Shown piece after piece: positions 10,666-19,900 of a DNA stretch of 64,000 nt. The position numbers and the translations under genes were made by a program. Position 1 is the stretch's first letter. Each line of letters starts with the position of its first letter. The notes beneath the pieces are model-generated. The model was not told the DNA's origin and ran no database searches. It saw only the letters and a list, made by a program, of their open reading frames with translations. The stretch comes from Nitrospinaceae bacterium (GTDB taxonomy: Bacteria; Nitrospinota; Nitrospinia; Nitrospinales; Nitrospinaceae). The stretch spans positions 2,144,001 through 2,208,000 of the forward strand of contig OZ245011.1 of NCBI GenBank assembly GCA_965223665.1, given 5' to 3'.

Positions 10666-11148
10666 ATGAAACGAATCTTGTTTACATTGCTATTGGCTGT
10701 GGTTCTTTGGGGTGGGATTGTGGCGGAGGGTGCGCTCGCGGCGGACCGGAATTACACGATCACAAACTGCAACCGTAAAAAACTGTGGGAGGATGTATCT
10801 AGCCGCATCCAGGTTCACAAACCCGAATTGATTGAGTACCTTAAAGAAAACATTAAATCCGATAAAGAAAGACCCCAATTAAGCGAATCCGATTACAAAG
10901 TTATTGAGGAATTTGACAAAAGTATTCAATGGCACGTCTCGGAATGTATTTTATTTATGAGAGAAGCCAATCAATTAATCGATTCCATTTATAAAGTTAA
11001 TTCTGAAAATGCCGACAATATTTCTTGGTATTTTATTGATTTATTTTCACGAAAAGATATCCCTTACATAAGACTTTGGAATAGGAATACTGAAAAAAGA
11101 TCCTTTTCCTTTAACTTTTCTCCTTTAGAACCTGAAAAAATTTATTAA
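10666..11148 (+). CDS. Secreted two-Cys immunity-like protein, copy 1
   Basis: Sec signal peptide (..ALAA/DRNY), NC.R..LW and W..SECIL motifs shared by 12 paralogs; 38-nt convergent overlap with an SLT remnant. Confidence 0.8.
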   Translation: MKRILFTLLLAVVLWGGIVAEGALAADRNYTITNCNRKKLWEDVSSRIQVHKPELIEYLKENIKSDKERPQLSESDYKVIEEFDKSIQWHVSECILFMREANQLIDSIYKVNSENADNISWYFIDLFSRKDIPYIRLWNRNTEKRSFSFNFSPLEPEKIY

Positions 11149-11370
11149 TCTTGACTTTCAAGGGCTTTGATAAATATTTTTTAAAAATTTCATATTTTTT
11201 ATCCATCCCTTCCCCTTCATTTTTCACAGCCATCTTCCTAACATCGTTCATCATTTTTTTCCCGAGCATAAATTCACTGATCACAAATGCGAATCGATTG
11301 TTGGTTTTGTCATAATCATCCCAAAGATACTTGAATAAATATGCTTCCACCAACTTGATTTGCTCAACAA
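11111..11370 (-). pseudogene. Orphan C-terminal fragment of an SLT-tailed ejection-like protein
   Basis: VEQIKLVEAYLF..LW..Y.KT.N..AFVI.EF matches the C-terminus of 12393..15701; there is no N-terminal part. Confidence 0.8.
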
Positions 11371-11404
11371 TTCCAAATTTCCCTTATTAAACTTTTGAGA
11401 GAGG

Positions 11405-11448
11405 ACCGATGTGCTCCCTCTTTTCTAAAGAGGGCTGGGGTGATTCAC
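11405..11448 (-). repeat. Short REP-like palindrome (left flank of DUF559 gene)
   Basis: CCCTCTTT-TCT-AAAGAGGG hairpin with GTGATTCAC; inverted relative to the copy at 11854-11916. Confidence 0.8.
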
Positions 11449-11478
11449 ATTTTCATGGGTTTTCTATAAAATTGTTTT

Positions 11479-11880
11479 ATGAACACCTCAAGAAATCCGA
11501 AACCTAGAGTTCCCTATAAAACTTCTTTAAAAGAAAAAGCACGACACTTACGCAACAACCCGACTCCCGCTGAGAAATTATTCTGGAACACTCTTCGTAA
11601 AATGCCCTTTTATTAAAAGAGAATTTTTAATCGGCAAAAACCCATCGGCCCTTACATTGTTGACTTTTTCTGCTATCAGCACAATCTTATCATCGAAATT
11701 GATGGCAACACTCATGCTCCCGATGGAAAAAGCTCTCTTGATATTAAGCGAACCCAATACCTGAAATCTTTAGGATATCGGGTTATTCGATTTTACAACC
11801 AGGATGTTTTAAACAATATCGATGGTGTCATGTTAGTTTTAGAGAAAGAACTCAAAACCCCTGGAGGTGAATCACCCTAG
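11479..11880 (+). pseudogene. DUF559 (Vsr-like) endonuclease with internal stop
   Basis: Manual translation: ARHLRNNPTPAEKLFW...*...FNRQKPIGPYIVDFFC...IIEIDGNTH...RTQYLKSLGYRVIRF. In-frame TAA at 11614-11616. Confidence 0.88.
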
Positions 11881-11916
11881 CCCTCTTTAGAAAAGAGGGA
11901 ACGCATCGGCTTCCCA
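11854..11916 (+). repeat. Short REP-like palindrome (right flank of DUF559 gene)
   Basis: AAAACCCCTGGAGGTGAATCACCCTAGCCCTCTTTAGAAAAGAGGGG; supplies the last codons of the DUF559 ORF. Confidence 0.8.
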
Positions 11917-11947
11917 ATCAGAATTATTTTTGATACAATTGGTAGTT

Positions 11948-12430
11948 ATGAAACGAATCTTGTTTACATTGCTATTGGCTGTGGTTCTTTGGGGTGGGAT
12001 TGTAGTGGAATCTGCGCTGGCGGCAGACCGGAACTACAAAATCGAAAACTGCGATCGCAAAAAACTATGGGAAGGTTTTTCAATTGAACTGCAAATTGAA
12101 AAACCGGAACTGATCGAATTTTTAGATAAATATGTTAAACCTACAAAAGAAGCTCCTAAATTAAACGAATCCGACTACAAAGATATTGAACAGTTTGACC
12201 AAAAATTTCAATGGAATGTTTCTGAGTGTATATTATTTTTTAAAGAAGCAAATCAATTAATAAATTCTGTCTATGAATTGGACAATAAGCAAGCTACTAA
12301 TATTTCTTGGGTGTTTACTTATTTATTTTCAAGAATGGACATCCCCTATGTCGACTTTTACAATAGAACTACGGACAAATGGTCTTTTACCTTTAACTTT
12401 GCGCCTTTAAGGCAAGGAAAAACTTATTGA
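11948..12430 (+). CDS. Secreted two-Cys immunity-like protein, copy 2
   Basis: Close paralog of copy 1; ATG 11948; 38-nt overlap with the 3' end of 12393..15701. Confidence 0.8.
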   Translation: MKRILFTLLLAVVLWGGIVVESALAADRNYKIENCDRKKLWEGFSIELQIEKPELIEFLDKYVKPTKEAPKLNESDYKDIEQFDQKFQWNVSECILFFKEANQLINSVYELDNKQATNISWVFTYLFSRMDIPYVDFYNRTTDKWSFTFNFAPLRQGKTY

Positions 12431-15400
12431 TACCCTTTTGCTTGTCCCCATCTAAATACTTACTAACAATTTCATATTTTTCGTGATCTCCTTTTTTCTT
12501 AATTTTTTTTGCCTGTTCCCTAGCTCTTTCTATCGCAGACTTTCCGTATAAAAACTCTCCAATCACAAAGGCCAAAGGATTTTTGGTTTTGTTGTATTTC
12601 TTCCACAACCGACCAAACAAATACGCTTCCACCAACTTGATTTGCTCAACCGGGTTTTTCATGACATCGTCAACGTTAAAGTTCAATCCCTCCACCTTCA
12701 ACAGGTTCACCGCATCCACCATGGTCTGCACCTTCGGTCGGGTCAGTTGGAACAAGCCTTTCTCTCCAGTTGACTTCACCAACTTCGGGTTGAGTCCCGA
12801 TAACATCTGCCCCAATGCACCCAACGTCCTATTGATCTGCCGGTCCGCCACCTCATATTCAAAGGGCGCGGTCTTGGTGACTTGATCAAAACTTTGAATG
12901 ATCTCCCGCTCACTATTAAAACTCACAGCACCCACTTTCCAATCCCCTTGCTGCGCGAACAATTCCGGAGCGCGGCCTTGTTTATCGCGGATAATTCCAT
13001 CGATCAAATTCCCCACCGGTGCGCGAGCCCCTTGTGGAAGGCTGTTTAACATTTCATCTTTTCCGTCCTTTAAGGTTTCCCCGGTCATTCGATACGCATT
13101 TTCGGCCAATACCGTCAGATTATATACCGTACCCTCCGTAAACATCAGGTAATCTCCCAGGCGCACTTTACCTTCTTCCCCTTCCATTTCCTCTTTGAAA
13201 ACTTCCAAAGATTCTTCATCCATTCGCATGACCTTCGGAGCTTTCTTATGAGCCAACGCCTTGTGGACCACCGTCGGCGGCTTGTTTCCATCCGCTATTA
13301 TTTGTTGAACTCCTCCGGCGGGCGTCAGGGCATCCAGCGGAAAAAATTTCGATACACTTTTACCGATCACATCGGCGACGTGTTCATTTTGCACAAGTTC
13401 TCCCTTACCGTTCCAAACCATGATCGCTTTCCGGTCCTGCTGCAAACGTGCTTCATAAACTTCGGCAATGTTTTGCATGGTCAGTTCTTTGTTTTCCCGT
13501 TTGAGTTTTTCCCCAATGGCATTACGCATACTCTCCGGAAGAGCGATCAGGTCCTTCACAAACACCTTCTTGTCCCCTACATTGACATAGGAAGAAAGAA
13601 TCTCCTTGTTCGTCAACTCAACTATCCGGCGGCTGACACCATTTATAAATACTTTGTCATGAAACAGACTATTCATGTAATAAGACATTTCTTTTTCACT
13701 GGGTTCCCGACCTAATTTTTCCTTAAAGTTTTTAAACTTAATTCCTAAAAAAGCATTGGCTCTATCGAAAACATTTTTACGAGTTTCCCGACCCAGGCCA
13801 TTGGCTTTAGCAATGCCCGACAACTTGTTTTGAAAGTTCGCCTTTTTTTCAAGAGAGCTTTCGGACTGAACCGTCTTTTGCCATTGTTTAAAGTTATCCA
13901 CCGTCCAATGTTTTTGAATCAGTTCGTTCAGTCGGGTCTCATCAAACACTTCTTCAAAGGAGCCGCCCTCTGACAATACTTTTTGTAAAACGTCCGTCAA
14001 GACCACGTTTCTAAACTCCGGGTCAAAGTTCACCGACTCCACTTTTTGGCTTAGCGTTCGCAACAGATTCAGTTTATTTTGCAACCGCGTTTTCACCACA
14101 TTGATATCCCCAACCTGCTGTACCTCTCCCTGTTCCGAGTTTTGAACGATTCGTTGATCTTCCTGAATCCCTCCTATAAATTCGTATAGCTTCGAGCGAA
14201 ACTTTCCTTTTTCGTAATGATTCACATCGAATTGATACGCGAAGTTTTTCGCGGGATCCCGGTCACTTAACAAAATGTTATCCACCCATCCCCCAACGGT
14301 TCGGGATTCCTGCTTCAACACGTAATGAGAATTTTCTTCTTTCGCCGATTCCTTAACTTGACCCTGAGACGCAATATCATTTTGGGTAGAGACCAATGTG
14401 GCGGCAGTTCCATCTGCACTGTCTTCTTCAAGGTTCACATCCAGCGAAGTTTTAAACGGCCGTCCGTCATCCACCGCCAATACCGCCTTCCCCGTGAATT
14501 GAGGGGGTTGAAACTCCGGGTCACCCTGCGTGCGCTCTTTGAGTTGCGCCTTCATTACCTGCTTCGTTTTTTCATCTAAAGAATTAAAATCCGGATGGTA
14601 ATGCAAATCCACCAGCGTGGGACTCGTCGGACTGTCCCAAATAAACTTGAAAACCTTCTCACTGTTATCATAGTTCAGTTTTAATTGTTTTCGCTTCTCC
14701 TCCAGATTCCGATGCACCAGTAACTGCCGGGTCATCTCCAACTCTTCCGGATCATCAATATGCCGGAGTTCCTCCTGTTGCTCTTCTTCCGGCAAGGACT
14801 CCAGCACCACCACATTGTGCTGAGCTTTTTCCAGAGTCACCCTTTCCTTAATCCGCGCTTCCAGTTGCGCTTTGTCGGTTTTGACAAACTTGTTTTGATT
14901 CTCCTTAAAAAATTGCTCCGCCTCTTCCCCTTGCTGGCGGTCCAGTAAGCCGTTAACCACACTCAGGGCCACCGCTTCTTCAATATTGGCGGTTTCCGCC
15001 TGGTCCCGTTCCTCACTCCACTCCATCGCCACTTTCATTTGACCCATGGTTCGGTACAAACTCACAATGTGTTTTTCTCTTCCATCAACATCGAGCGGAT
15101 TATCACGTATCGCTTTCAGCAAAGCGGCACGCGTGTGCTGGTAATCCTGAATCAGAGCCCGTTTCCGCTGAGTTTCTTCATACACTCCAGCCCGTTGAAA
15201 CAAATCTGCAAATTTTTGTTTTAAAATGGGCTCATACTCTTTCCGCACATACGACCGCATACCCCCTAACGCATTTTGGAGAGCCTGAAATTTTTCCGAG
15301 GCCGTATCCAATCCGTACTTTTCCATGAGTTCCGGATCCGTCGTGACGGTGGCACTTTCACTTGTAGTCGTATCAGCCGGTTCGAACAAAGGTTTTACGA

Positions 15401-15701
15401 TCTTAACAAGCGCATCCGTGTAGCCAAAACTCCTCTCTCCTTTCAAGGGAGCCAACGTTTTCATTACACTTTCTACATACTCGGTCGTCGCTTTATCTGC
15501 TTTCATTACGGATTGACCATCCGACCTGCGTCTTTGCACGTCCATGAATACAGCCGCTTCGCCTAAAGTGTCACTGAGTGCGGCCAGATTGCGCACTTTC
15601 GCTCCACCGACCAGTTCCGGCGTGACATTCAAACGCAACTGGCCGCCCCCAAGGGATTGGGGATTCACGGTGGGGTTATTTAACGCGGGGATTTTGGGCA
15701 T
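12393..15701 (-). CDS. Large ejection/internal-virion-like protein with C-terminal degenerate SLT domain
   Basis: Position downstream of capsid genes; helical N-part starting MPKIP; C-terminal SGLNP...GEKGLFQL...NPVEQI SLT-like motifs; AGGTGA RBS before ATG 15701. Confidence 0.65.
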   Translation of the reverse strand: MPKIPALNNPTVNPQSLGGGQLRLNVTPELVGGAKVRNLAALSDTLGEAAVFMDVQRRRSDGQSVMKADKATTEYVESVMKTLAPLKGERSFGYTDALVKIVKPLFEPADTTTSESATVTTDPELMEKYGLDTASEKFQALQNALGGMRSYVRKEYEPILKQKFADLFQRAGVYEETQRKRALIQDYQHTRAALLKAIRDNPLDVDGREKHIVSLYRTMGQMKVAMEWSEERDQAETANIEEAVALSVVNGLLDRQQGEEAEQFFKENQNKFVKTDKAQLEARIKERVTLEKAQHNVVVLESLPEEEQQEELRHIDDPEELEMTRQLLVHRNLEEKRKQLKLNYDNSEKVFKFIWDSPTSPTLVDLHYHPDFNSLDEKTKQVMKAQLKERTQGDPEFQPPQFTGKAVLAVDDGRPFKTSLDVNLEEDSADGTAATLVSTQNDIASQGQVKESAKEENSHYVLKQESRTVGGWVDNILLSDRDPAKNFAYQFDVNHYEKGKFRSKLYEFIGGIQEDQRIVQNSEQGEVQQVGDINVVKTRLQNKLNLLRTLSQKVESVNFDPEFRNVVLTDVLQKVLSEGGSFEEVFDETRLNELIQKHWTVDNFKQWQKTVQSESSLEKKANFQNKLSGIAKANGLGRETRKNVFDRANAFLGIKFKNFKEKLGREPSEKEMSYYMNSLFHDKVFINGVSRRIVELTNKEILSSYVNVGDKKVFVKDLIALPESMRNAIGEKLKRENKELTMQNIAEVYEARLQQDRKAIMVWNGKGELVQNEHVADVIGKSVSKFFPLDALTPAGGVQQIIADGNKPPTVVHKALAHKKAPKVMRMDEESLEVFKEEMEGEEGKVRLGDYLMFTEGTVYNLTVLAENAYRMTGETLKDGKDEMLNSLPQGARAPVGNLIDGIIRDKQGRAPELFAQQGDWKVGAVSFNSEREIIQSFDQVTKTAPFEYEVADRQINRTLGALGQMLSGLNPKLVKSTGEKGLFQLTRPKVQTMVDAVNLLKVEGLNFNVDDVMKNPVEQIKLVEAYLFGRLWKKYNKTKNPLAFVIGEFLYGKSAIERAREQAKKIKKKGDHEKYEIVSKYLDGDKQKGINKFFLALKAQS

Positions 15702-15815
15702 AAAGTTCACCTGAGTTGAGTGTTACACGGTTTGTTTGAAATTTCCTAAAAAAAGTTTCGATTACAATGTTTATTCCATTGACATCATTTTCAAAGAGTC
15801 CTATATTATTCACAT

Positions 15816-15942
15816 GCCGCCTCGTGCTCATCCCTCCTCTGCAGTCTCACTGGATGTGATTTAGTTTGGGATTGCTTATGAAGCAGGGATGTCAGGTCCA
15901 GGGACATCTAAGGCGTTTGTGGGGGCGCTTTCGCGAGGCGGC
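15816..15942 (+). ncRNA. Putative structured ncRNA, unit 1 (type A)
   Basis: TTGACA(15779)-17-TATATT promoter; closing stem GCCGCCTCGTG/CGCGAGGCGGC; three internal hairpins; loop CTGGAT complementary to loop GTCCAG. Confidence 0.75.
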
Positions 15943-16100
15943 TCCGGATTCTCTCCTTCCCCATTTATTCTAATTTTGATTCTTACAATCATTTAGAAAA
16001 CTCGGGGTTACCTGCTGGTAGATTTTCGGAAAGTGGTTCCATTTTCGTTTTCCGAACAGTTAGTATTGACACGATCATTGAATAATCCTATAGTAATCAT

Positions 16101-16230
16101 AAGCCGCTTCGTGCTCTGCCATCAAGAGCATGCTGACTAGGTTATTTTTTTCAGTATAGCTTTGGAAAGTAGGGGCATCCAGTCTAGGGGTGCCTGAAGT
16201 GTTTGTGGGGGCACTTCCTTGGAGCGGTTT
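16101..16230 (+). ncRNA. Putative structured ncRNA, unit 2 (type B)
   Basis: TTGACA(16066)-17-TATAGT; closing stem AAGCCGCTTC/GGAGCGGTTT; loops CTAGGT/GTCTAG complementary. Confidence 0.72.
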
Positions 16231-16293
16231 AAATTTCGTTTTCCGAATATTTAGTATTGACACGATCATTTAAAAATCATATATTATTAACAT

Positions 16294-16423
16294 GCCGCTT
16301 CGTGCTCATCCCTCCTGGATAATCTCACTGGACGCGTTATCATTGGGGTTATCTACCAAGCAGGGGTGTCAGGTCCAGGGACATCTAAGGCGTTTGTGGG
16401 GGCGCTTTCGCGAGGCGGCTCCA
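16294..16423 (+). ncRNA. Putative structured ncRNA, unit 3 (type A)
   Basis: TTGACA(16257)-17-TATATT; same fold; loops CTGGAC/GTCCAG; closing stem followed by TCCA. Confidence 0.75.
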
Positions 16424-16581
16424 GATTCCCTCCTTCCCCATTTATTCTAATTTTGATTCTTACTATCATTTAGAAAACTCTGAATTCCCTGCAGGTGGAA
16501 TTTCAAAAAGTGGCTCAAATTTCGTCTTCCAAAAAAAAAATGGTATTGACACGATCATTGTAAAATCATATATTATTCATA

Positions 16582-16705
16582 AGCCGCTTCGGACTCTAAC
16601 GCCAGGGACTTTACTGACTAGGCCTTAATTCAGTATTAGTTTCGACAGGAGGGACATCAGGCCTAGGGATGTCCAAAAGTGTTCGGGACACTTTACGAAG
16701 CGGTT
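16582..16705 (+). ncRNA. Putative structured ncRNA, unit 4 (type B)
   Basis: TTGACA(16546)-17-TATATT; closing stem AGCCGCTTCG/CGAAGCGGTT; loops CTAGGCCT/AGGCCTAG (8-bp complementarity). Confidence 0.75.
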
Positions 16706-16769
16706 GATATATTTCTTCTTCCGAATTTCTTGTTGACACGATCATTTAAAAATCATATATTATTCACAT

Positions 16770-16896
16770 GCCGCCTCGTGCTCATCCCTCCTGGGTAATC
16801 TCACTGGACGCGTTATCTTTGGGGTTACTTGTGAAGCAGGGATGTCAGGTCCAGGGACATCTAAGGCGTTTGGTGGGGGCGCTTTCGCGAGGCGGC
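16770..16896 (+). ncRNA. Putative structured ncRNA, unit 5 (type A)
   Basis: TTGACA(16733)-17-TATATT; same fold; ends 45 nt from the stop codon of the convergent 1112-aa gene. Confidence 0.75.
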
Positions 16897-16941
16897 TCCG
16901 GATTCTCTCCATCCCCTTTTATCTAATTTTTATTCTTACAC

Positions 16942-19900
16942 TCAATTAGAAATCTCGGAATTTCCTGCTGGTGGGTTTTCAGAAAGTGGTTCCATTTTTC
17001 CCTTCTTCACTTTATTTTTTATGTAGTTTCCGGACTCAGGAAAACTACTTCTAACTGTATAAAATGTCTCCTTTTCTTCTATAAGTTCTAGAACGGCTAT
17101 TTTTCCCTTACCATTTCTTTTAACTATAATCACGGCTCCATTAGATTTTTGATAAAGCGCTTCAGTATAATTTTTTGTAATATCATAAACAAATTCAGTA
17201 AGGTTTTTGTACTCTGGAAAGTCCCTAAGAATCTTTTCAACTCTGTTAGGGGTTGCCTCAATATGGATACGACCAAAATCATTATCACCTACTTGAAATC
17301 TAATTTTATGTGCCGGAACTTTTCTTCCAGACGGAGTATACATTTCTTTCATTTCCCCAAAGTCGATTCCCCCATCCGGTGATTCCACAAAAGCCTTCGG
17401 GCCCATTCGGATGGAGCCTCTTTCGGAGCGGAGCCACTCGGGAACGGCTTCTACAAAACCGGAACGTTTGACTTCTTTTATGAACTCGACCAGGTGTTTT
17501 ACCCCTTTGCCGGTCAGTTCAAACGCTTCGCCCATGGCTCCGCCTTCGACCACGTTCTTCAGGGCTTTTTCCAGTTCGCTGTCGTCGATTTTCGAGGCCA
17601 GGAAATCGGTAAGAGGATTACGCAGTTCGGGGGCCATTTCGTTGAACAGGTTGGAAAGGTTCTGATCCCGATCCACCGTCAGCAAGTCCGCCGCGATGCC
17701 CGCGATCACGTTCCCGGAACTAAAAAATTCTTTCGACAACACCGCATTTCCCTTGGCAAAGATTCTACGACTGACCAGAAATCCCAACGCAAACGAAAAC
17801 AGTCCGCGAGCCATTTGCACGCCGGGGTTGCTGGAGGCTTCCATCCGCTCCATTTCTATGGGCATGCGTCCGCCGATTCCCCAGTCGTCCAGCCATTCCT
17901 GAACTGTGGTGTTACCGATTTTCAAATCCCGCAGGTCCTGTCCCAGCTCCGTCACCAGAGTCAACAAATTGATCGCCGCATCTTTCGTTCCACCGACGAC
18001 AATGTTCTCGGCCTGGCTCAATAAGCTTTCTTCCCGCCGAAGTTCGGTGTTATCCATACCTGCCAATCGAATTTTAAAATCTCCTCCAAGGGCAACGCCA
18101 TTCGCAAGAGTGACCTGCTTCCCCTGAGACTGAAGTTCTTTTACAAAGATTTCTTTTTTCTCCGGCGGCAATTGCAATAGATTCACGTATTCCTCAAAAC
18201 TGATGTCCTGTTTATTAAACCGGGCATTTTCTCTCAGGGTTTTGTTCTGACTCAAATGGGTCGCAAAATCAGGGATCGATAACTCGATGTCCGTTCCGGG
18301 ATTTAGTGAATTCAATTGCGAGGCAAGGTCGGGAACATTTTGAATAAGATCTTTAAGGTCCAATCCTTCAGTCTCCAGAGCCTGTTGAAACGTTTCCCGA
18401 TTAATAAACACTTTTGGCGTTTGGCTCCCGAAAACCTCAGGATGGTTTTCAACCACTTCTCCTATGTACTGCTTCACTCTTGCGCGGGCGACTCCCTCCG
18501 GCGGCACATCTTTGACCGCTTCATGAATATCCTCCAACATTCTTTTCGTGAGAATAGGCTGATTCGGGTTCGGCTCTGTTCGCTGAGGCAGTCTCAATGG
18601 GGAATTGCCTGTGGAGACCCGGGTCCCTTCGATGAGCGCATTTTCCGGAGAATTATTTTTTATACTATTCCTGGGTAATGGTGGACTTATGGTTTTACTG
18701 GTCCCCTTTGAAGATTTTGGCATCACTTTTTTCAATATCAATTGGGGAACTCCTTCGGCAAATGCTTTATACACCGCATCCGTGGCTTTATCCAATACCT
18801 GTTGTAACCGCTGGGTCGGCGATAACAAAGATCCGGGTTTTTGGGGATCGGATTCCACCGCCATTTCTTTACCCAATTCACTGAAAAATGACTGTAAAAC
18901 ATTTTTTTCCATTTCTTCCGTGATCCCCTGGCTGGTCTGATTGATAGCCTTCAGTAATTTTTTTCCTTTTTTACTGGTCAAAAATGTTTTGATTCCATCC
19001 GAGATATATTTTTTGGAAGCTTTGGAGAGCGGTTTGGTAAAAATCTTCCCGCCAAAAAATTCTACCGCCGCATTGATGGTAGCCACATTGAAGGCAATCG
19101 GTTTGGCCAATTCCATAGAGGTTCCATTCATTACCAGTTCAGCAATCGTCGTTCCATATTGGGTTTTCCAGGTATCGTACGCATCACCGCCTCTGATTCC
19201 CAACCCAAACCCCGTCAAACCGAAAGCCGGTAACGTGACGGCTTCTTCGGGAAGAAAATTGAGTCCCGGAAAATTTCCCAGAATCAGGGATAACTCCACA
19301 CCCGCCAGTGCTCCCGTAAAACCGCCTGTCAACAATTCAGGAGATTTGTGTGCGATATTTGTAAATACTTCCGCGACATTAAAAACCGTTCCGGTCCCCT
19401 TGTTTTGACCCATTAACCGTTCCAAATTTTTAATTTTGTTGAGTGCGGCATCAAATTCTTCCTGGGTGCGACCAGGCTGACTCATGTAATTGCCAATTTC
19501 TGCCCGCTTTCGAAAATAGCCAACAAACTTCATCGCTTTGCCCACATCAATCACGCCTTTTTCAAACACACCTAATTTCCCGACCCTGCCAAAGTCCATT
19601 GAAAAATAATTGAAGTCTTCGGTCATCTTCTTCTGCAATACAGTAGTATCTTTGAAAACCTCTGCGGTCCTTTGGTGATTCCATTCCTTTTGGGCATTTT
19701 GGAAATCGTTTTTTATGATTTCAACCGGTATATCCAGTTTGCGCGATAGAAACTGGATTTGCGCCGCATGTTCCGGAGACACTGAAGAAGAAACCAAAGT
19801 GAATGGGTTTTCCGGCTGTTCATTACGAATAGAACGTTTCAATCCCATAGCGCCATCATAGAACGCGCCAAGTCCTAATCCTCTATCTTCGGATTGTTTG

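Noticed and set aside
16075-16269. 64-aa minus-strand ORF within the RNA array
   Set aside because: The frame is not conserved among repeat units, whereas base-pairing and promoters on the + strand are.
15779-16896. CRISPR array or tRNA cluster interpretation of the repeats
   Set aside because: Units are 190-290 nt, each with its own promoter, and there is no short repeat/unique spacer pattern and no cas gene. There is no TTCGA T-loop, D-loop GG or 7-nt anticodon loop geometry of canonical tRNAs.
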